The notes under the pieces were generated by a model. That model ran no database searches, was not told where the DNA came from, and worked only from the letters and a program-made list of their open reading frames with translations. Shown one piece after another: positions 63,616-64,000 of a stretch of DNA of 64,000 nt. This stretch comes from Massilia sp. (GTDB lineage Bacteria; Pseudomonadota; Gammaproteobacteria; Burkholderiales; Burkholderiaceae_D), in contig JAKFDH010000138.1 of NCBI GenBank assembly GCA_036676245.1, positions 44,391 through 108,390 on the forward strand. The letters are read 5' to 3'. The first letter of the stretch is position 1. Each line of letters begins with the position of its first letter. The translations under genes and the position numbers were made by a program.

Positions 63616-64000
63616 GCCTGCGGCTCCACCGTGACCTGGCCGGCCAGCACATAGCCGCCGTTGCGCACCGTCTTGATGATCTGCGGCAGGCGCGCATCCT
63701 CGCCCAGTTTCTGGCGCAGGCGGCTGATCTGGATATCGATCGAGCGGTCGAAGGGATCGGCGTCGCGGCCCTGGGTCAGGTTCAGCAGCTGGTCGCGGTT
63801 CAGGACCCGGTTCGGATGTTCGAGGAACACGCGCAGCAGGCGGAATTCGGCGCCCGACAGCATGATGACGATGCCGTCGGGGTTGAGCAGGTGGCGCGCG
63901 GTCAGGTCCAGGGTCCAGCCGGCGAAGCGCATCTGCTGGGCGTTGTCGGCCGGCGCATTGGACGGCATCGCATGGCTGCGGCGCAGCACGCTGCGGATGC
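63612..64000 (-). CDS. OmpR-family response regulator, C-terminal part (5' end outside window)
   Basis: Winged helix LSGAEFRLL, DRSIDIQISRLRQKL, IKTVRNGGY. Confidence 0.92.
   Translation of the reverse strand, partial: IRSVLRRSHAMPSNAPADNAQQMRFAGWTLDLTARHLLNPDGIVIMLSGAEFRLLRVFLEHPNRVLNRDQLLNLTQGRDADPFDRSIDIQISRLRQKLGEDARLPQIIKTVRNGGYVLAGQVTVEPQA

Overview
GC-rich betaproteobacterial chromosomal window. The aroK-aroB fusion, THIN-B-like beta-lactamase and gene order point to Oxalobacteraceae, probably Massilia-like (inference). From left to right it holds: the end of a Tad/Flp pilus operon (cpaE-cpaF-tadB-tadC) facing a NarL-type regulator and an atypical sensor kinase; a small accessory patch beside ychF (subclass B3 metallo-beta-lactamase and a lower-GC GH62 arabinofuranosidase lipoprotein); the core pth-rplY-prs-tRNA-Gln-ispE-lolB-TPR block; a mutM-dynamin-like GTPase-mutY run; pilMNOPQ followed by an Ig-like lipoprotein, aroKB and dgt; mrcA, cyaY, lptM, lysA, msrPQ, system II cytochrome c biogenesis, cytochrome c4, yihA and hemB; an orphan CreE/FzmM-like flavoprotein between two TonB/TolA-like genes; a minor-pilin operon (fimT/U-pilV-pilW-pilX-pilY1-pilY2-like-pilE); and an RND pump with an OmpR/EnvZ-type two-component system. 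GTAG-type REP elements and several long palindromes sit in intergenic spaces. No CRISPR array, integrase, transposase or rRNA was seen. All family calls are from motifs read by eye and from synteny; no database search was run.
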